Part shown: piece by piece, positions 59,729 through 64,000 of the stretch
Layout: every line of letters begins with the position of its first letter
How positions within the stretch are numbered: the stretch's first letter is position 1
From: an uncultured Planctomycetota bacterium
GTDB lineage: Bacteria; Planctomycetota; Planctomycetia; Gemmatales; Gemmataceae
Reading direction: 5' to 3'
DNA length: 64,000 nucleotides
NCBI GenBank assembly: GCA_963849325.1
Contig: CAWKHF010000008.1
Span: 128,001-192,000 of the forward strand
Translations under genes and position numbers: made by a program
The notes under the pieces: generated by a model
What the model saw: the letters and a program-made list of their open reading frames with translations, nothing else
Database searches by the model: none
What the model was told of the DNA's origin: nothing

Positions 59729-60344
59729 ATGAGTCAGCTTCTGCAAGATCGCATCGCCCAGTTCCGCAAGATGGCCAACGACGATCCGGACAACGAGCTG
59801 GGCCACTACCGGCTCGGCCAACTGCTGATGGAAGCCCAGCAGCATCCGGAGGCCGATCCAGTCCTTTCGCCGCACCCTGGAGCTGAGTCCGCGCTTCTCC
59901 AAGGTGTATCACCTCCTGGCGCAGAGCCTGCTGGCGGACAACCGCCGCGACGAGGCGATCGCCGTGCTGCGGCAGGGTTTCGAGGTGGCCGACGAGCAGG
60001 GCGACAACATGCCGCGCGAGGCGATGGCGGCCATGTTGGTGGAGCTGGGCGAGCCGGCGCCGGTGTCCAAGAAGAAGGCCGCGACCGGCCCGGAAGGCGA
60101 GGGCGGCTTCCGCTGCCAGCGTCCCGGTTGCTGGGCCGGCAGCCGTGCCCGCCAGCTCGACAAGCCGCCCTTTAAGGACGAGATCGGCCAACGCATTCAC
60201 ACGTCCATCTGTGCCGATTGCTGGATGGACTGGGTGCGCAATTACAGCATCAAGGTCATCAACGAACTCCACCTCGACCTGAGCACGGAACGCGGCCAGG
60301 AAGAGTACGACCGCTACATGCGCGAGTTCTTCGGCCTGGAATGA
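59729..60344 (+). CDS. TPR plus Fe(II)-trafficking (YggX-like) fusion protein; frameshift near 59855
   Basis: N-terminal TPR (DPDNELGHYRLG); C-terminal PPFKDEIGQRIHTSICADCW..W...KVINELHLDL...MREFF. Confidence 0.8.
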
Positions 60345-60355
60345 GGTGGTGAGCG

Positions 60356-61011
60356 ATGCAGGCACAGGAATACCTGGTGCGTTTCGGACTCACCGGCGAG
60401 TTCGGTCGTTTCCGCGCCTCGGCCGTGCGAGATCCTGCGTCGAGGCGAGCGCGTCGTGGTGCGCGGTTCGCGCGGCGTCGAGATCGCCGAGGTGCTGCGC
60501 GAGGCCACGCCGCGACACGCCCAATTCCTTCCCAACACGTCGGTCGGTCAACTTCTCCGCCGGCCCACCCCCGAGGATGAGCAAGCCGAGAGCGCGATGT
60601 GCGGCGCGCGGCCAACAGCTCTTCGAGCGCGGCCGGCGTCTGTCCGCCGAGCTGGAGTTGCCGCTGGAACTGCTCGACGTCGAGGTGCTGCTGGACGGCG
60701 AACACGCCGTGTTGCACCACCTGCGCGGAGCGGACATCGACGTGCGGCCGTTCGTCAGTACGCTGTCGCGCGAGTTCGGGCTGCACATCCTCCTGGTCGA
60801 TTTGACCCGCCCGCAAGAAGCGGCGGACCACGAAGAGGAGTCGCACGGCTGCGGCCGGCCGGACTGCGGCCAGCAGGAGGGCGGCGGCTGCGGCACTTGC
60901 GGCAGCGGCGGCGGCTGTGGCACCTGTGGCCAGGCCGATCCGCGCGACGTGGAACGGCACTTCGCCCAGCTCCGCGAACAGATGGAACGCCGCCGAACCA
61001 CACTGCTGTAA
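60356..61011 (+). CDS. PSP1/RicT-like Cys-rich protein; frameshifts
   Basis: YLVRFG..GEFGRF, VVVRGSRGVEIAEVL, LLDVEVLLDG; CGRPDCG...CGTC...CGTC. Confidence 0.6.
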
Positions 61012-61017
61012 AAATCA

Positions 61018-61164
61018 TTTCACCACGGAAAACACGGAAAAAAGACAAAAGACAAAATTCAAGAGAGGACAGCGATGATTCGCTGGACTTGAGGGGATTG
61101 TTCGGACTGTCTTTCCCTTCTTTTTTGTCTTTTTTCCGTGTTTTCCGTGTTTTCCGTGGTGAAA
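61018..61164. repeat. Inverted repeat with 9-bp tandem units (CACGGAAAA) between convergent genes
   Basis: TTTCACCACGGAAAACACGGAAAAAAGACAAAA ... TTTTGTCTTTTTTCCGTGTTTTCCGTGTTTTCCGTGGTGAAA. Confidence 0.9.
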
Positions 61165-61181
61165 AGGTCTTTTCTTCGTGG

Positions 61182-62574
61182 TCAAGTGAGTTTCTTGAGT
61201 AGTACCAGCGAGCGGCGGCCGCTGCGTTCGTAGCGTTCGCGGCGATCCGGCGGCAGGTCGTCGGGCGTGCCGGGCGTGAAGCCGCCCTTCTGCTGGAAGT
61301 AGTTGAACGCCTGCGTGGACAGGCAGAACATCTGGACCAGACCGGCAGCGCGGGCCTGGTTCTCGGCGTACTGCATGAGCTTGGCGCCGATGCCCTGGTT
61401 CTCGTAGGGCGGATTGACGCACACGCATGCCAGCTCGGCCTGCTGCTGCTGCGGATACAGGTGCAGCGCCGCGCAGGCCACCGGGTTGCGATCGACCTCG
61501 AAGACGAAAAAGTCGTCGATGGAACGCTCGATCTCGGCGAGCGTGCGCCGCACCAGCTCGTCGTTTTCGATGCCGGCCTGGATGAGGGCGTGGATGGCGC
61601 GGACGTCGCGGCGAATGGCGCGGCGAATGGCCTGGTACTCGTTGGCGTGAATGAGCGTGCCGATGCCCTCGTTGGAGAAGACCTCGGCCAGCAGCCCTTC
61701 CTCGACGCGGCCATCAATGATGTGGACGCGCGGCACGCCGCCGCGCGCCGCGCGGACGGCGTGCTCCAGCTTGGAGACCTGCGTCGGCGGAATGTCGCCG
61801 CGCTGCTTCTTGAGGATTGCCTCCGCCTCCTCGACGGACAGTTGCCGTAACAACCGCGACGGCTCGTCTCCCCCCTCACCCCAACCCCTCTCCCCCGAAG
61901 CGGGGGAGAGGGGCTTATTGCTCCCCTCTCCCCCCTCCGGGGGGAGAGGGGTTGGGGGTGAGGGGGGAGGAGCCTGGATGCCCTCGAAAGTGGTCAGGTA
62001 AATCAGCTTGACCGCCTGTAGAGCGCGGGCGACCTCGACGGCGACGCTGTCGGAGTTGAGCCGATACGAGCAGCCTTCGCCGTCGCAGCCCAACGGCGGA
62101 ATGACCGGCACGATGTCCTGATCGAGCAGGGCGTGCAGCAGGGCGGTATCGACGCGCTCGACGCGGCCGGTGTGCTGGTGATCGACGCCTTGTAGGATGC
62201 CGGCGGGATGTGCCACCACGGCGTTGCCGCAGGCGCCGCGCAGGTCGTTGGCGGACAGTCCTTCGAGCATCTCATGCGTGACGCGGTTGGCGGCGGTCAG
62301 GGCCAGTTGCAGCGTGGCGTCGTCGGTGATGCCGGTGCCGTCGAGGTTGGAGGGCGTCTGTCCGGTCTGCTCGGCGAGGCGGCGGACCTGATGGCCGGCC
62401 CCATGCACCAGGGCCACGCCGATGCGTAGGCTGCGTAACAGAGCGATGTCGAGCAGCAGATTGCGGAAGTTGTCGTGCTCGACGATGGCGCCGTCCACGG
62501 CGATGACGAACACCTTGTCGCGGAAGCGCGGCACGATAGCGCAGGATCTCGCGCAGATCGGTCAAACGAAGCAT
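61182..62574 (-). CDS. argA: Amino-acid N-acetyltransferase (kinase-like plus GNAT); frameshift near 62537
   Basis: LREILRY.PRFRDKVFVIA, LVHGAG, GVDHQHTGRVERVD, GVPRVHIIDG, GIGT, AELACVCV and LSTQAFNYF motifs. Confidence 0.9.
61868..61969. repeat. Palindromic repeat (27978/33177 family) inside the argA ORF
   Basis: Encodes about PPSPPTPLPPEGGEGSNKPLSPASGERGWGEGG in frame. Confidence 0.88.
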
Positions 62575-62697
62575 CCATCCTCCCGGCCGCTTGCGGCTTC
62601 GCGCCCACGCCCTAAAATGGGGACACTGTAGTGTACAGCCCGTCGTCTCCGACGGGGAGAGAAGCTCAGGGTCCGCAGCGTCCGCGAGGGATGAAAT

Positions 62698-63777
62698 ATG
62701 CCTGAAAACGTCGTCATTATCGGTTCGGGTCCGGCCGGCTGGACGGCGGCGATCTATGCCGCCCGCGCCAACCTGCAACCGCTCGTCTACGAGGGAGCGA
62801 TCATCGAGGAGAACCGCTTGCAGGGCACGCTGCCCCTGGGCCAGCTCAACCTGACCACCGAGGTCGAGAACTTTCCGACCTGGCCGTTCGTCGATGCATC
62901 CGTGATGGAGCAGTTCTCGCGTTCGGCCCTGCCCGCCGAGCAGTTCTCCATGCTGGAGGGCTACTACCACGGCAAGCACGCCTCGGGCAAGCGCTCGGCG
63001 TTCGGCCCAGAGATGATGGCCTACATGCGGCAGCAGGCGGTCAACTTCGGCACGCGCATCATCACCGACGACATCGTGAAGGTGGACTTTCGCCGCCGCC
63101 CCTTCGTGCTGACGGCGCACGAGGGGCAGACGGTCGAGACGCGGAGCGTGATCGTGGCCACCGGGGCGCGAGCGAATTATCTGGGGCTGCCCTCGGAGGA
63201 CAAGTACAAGAACAACGGCGTCTCGGCGTGTGCCGTGTGCGACGGAGCGCTGCCGCGCTTCCGCAATCGGCCGCTCGTCGTCGTCGGCGGCGGCGATTCG
63301 GCCGTCGAGGAGGGCACCTATCTGAGCAAGTTCGCCAGCACCGTGTACCTGGTGCATCGCCGCGATCAACTGCGGGCCAGCAAGATCATGCAGGCGCGGG
63401 CGCTGGAAAATCCGAAGATCACCATGAAGTGGAACCGCGCCCTCGATGAGGTGCTCGGCAATGACAAGGACGGCGTCACCGGGGTGCGTCTCAAGAGCAC
63501 GGTCGATAAGCAGACGGAGACGCTCGACGTCAGCGGCGTCTTCCTCGCCATCGGCCATACGCCGAACACGAAGTTTCTCGACGGGCAACTGAAACTCGAC
63601 GACAAGGGCTACATCGTGTGGACGAAGCCGCAGCGGACGAACACGAGCGTCGAGGGCGTCTTTGCTTCCGGCGATGTTGCGGATAGTTATTATCGTCAGG
63701 CCGTGACGGCGGCCGGCACCGGTTGCATGGCGGCACTCGATGCCGAACGCTGGTTGGCCGAACAGGGGCATTTGTAA
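62698..63777 (+). CDS. trxB: Thioredoxin reductase
   Basis: [50 protein letters not shown] and [14 protein letters not shown] motifs. Confidence 0.95.
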   Translation: MPENVVIIGSGPAGWTAAIYAARANLQPLVYEGAIIEENRLQGTLPLGQLNLTTEVENFPTWPFVDASVMEQFSRSALPAEQFSMLEGYYHGKHASGKRSAFGPEMMAYMRQQAVNFGTRIITDDIVKVDFRRRPFVLTAHEGQTVETRSVIVATGARANYLGLPSEDKYKNNGVSACAVCDGALPRFRNRPLVVVGGGDSAVEEGTYLSKFASTVYLVHRRDQLRASKIMQARALENPKITMKWNRALDEVLGNDKDGVTGVRLKSTVDKQTETLDVSGVFLAIGHTPNTKFLDGQLKLDDKGYIVWTKPQRTNTSVEGVFASGDVADSYYRQAVTAAGTGCMAALDAERWLAEQGHL

Positions 63778-64000
63778 TCATCCCTTATCCCGGCTTCCTC
63801 CGAGAAGACTCGTCCCTTTCCATCCGAACGCGGCCGGGCATGACTGGCCGCTATTGGTAGCGGAACTCGTCGGCGACTTCTTTAAGGGGCGGTGCCGCAG
63901 TGTTGGCACTGCCGCGCGACTGGCGGGGTCTACTCCGTCGAACCATGCCGACGCGAGGGCAGGAGCAGACGTACACCACCTTTGGGTCGCAGGGCCAAAA

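Noticed and set aside
63840-64000. Possible gene start at the window end
   Set aside because: Too short and truncated to support a call.

Overview
High-GC bacterial DNA, most consistent with a Planctomycetota (Gemmataceae-like) chromosome. Supporting markers are DUF4058-like, BBP7-like and LEPR-XLL-type proteins and an ECF sigma paired with a Ser/Thr kinase. Many genes break across frames at single-base indels, most simply explained as long-read consensus errors, so several CDS limits below are stitched across frames. Housekeeping genes (thiL, rlmI-like, galE, eno, xylA-like, aroF, argA, trxB) are mixed with WD40/kinase genes, envelope proteins, two AF2212/DUF104-PIN toxin-antitoxin modules and many REP-like palindromes. 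Four observations stand out. (1) A prkA/yeaG-yeaH-spoVR operon in which both prkA and spoVR carry LAGLIDADG inteins inserted after Gly-His, plus an extra two-gene cassette. (2) An apparently self-contained ~210-nt structured transcription unit upstream of aroF, with a promoter, a perfect 13-nt complement of the 16S rRNA 3' end, a 10-codon ORF and a terminator. (3) A palindromic repeat inserted in-frame within argA. (4) A truncated TA module flanked by a diverged duplicate of a kinase 3' end. No CRISPR array, tRNA or rRNA gene was recognised. All family assignments are by motif recognition, not database search.
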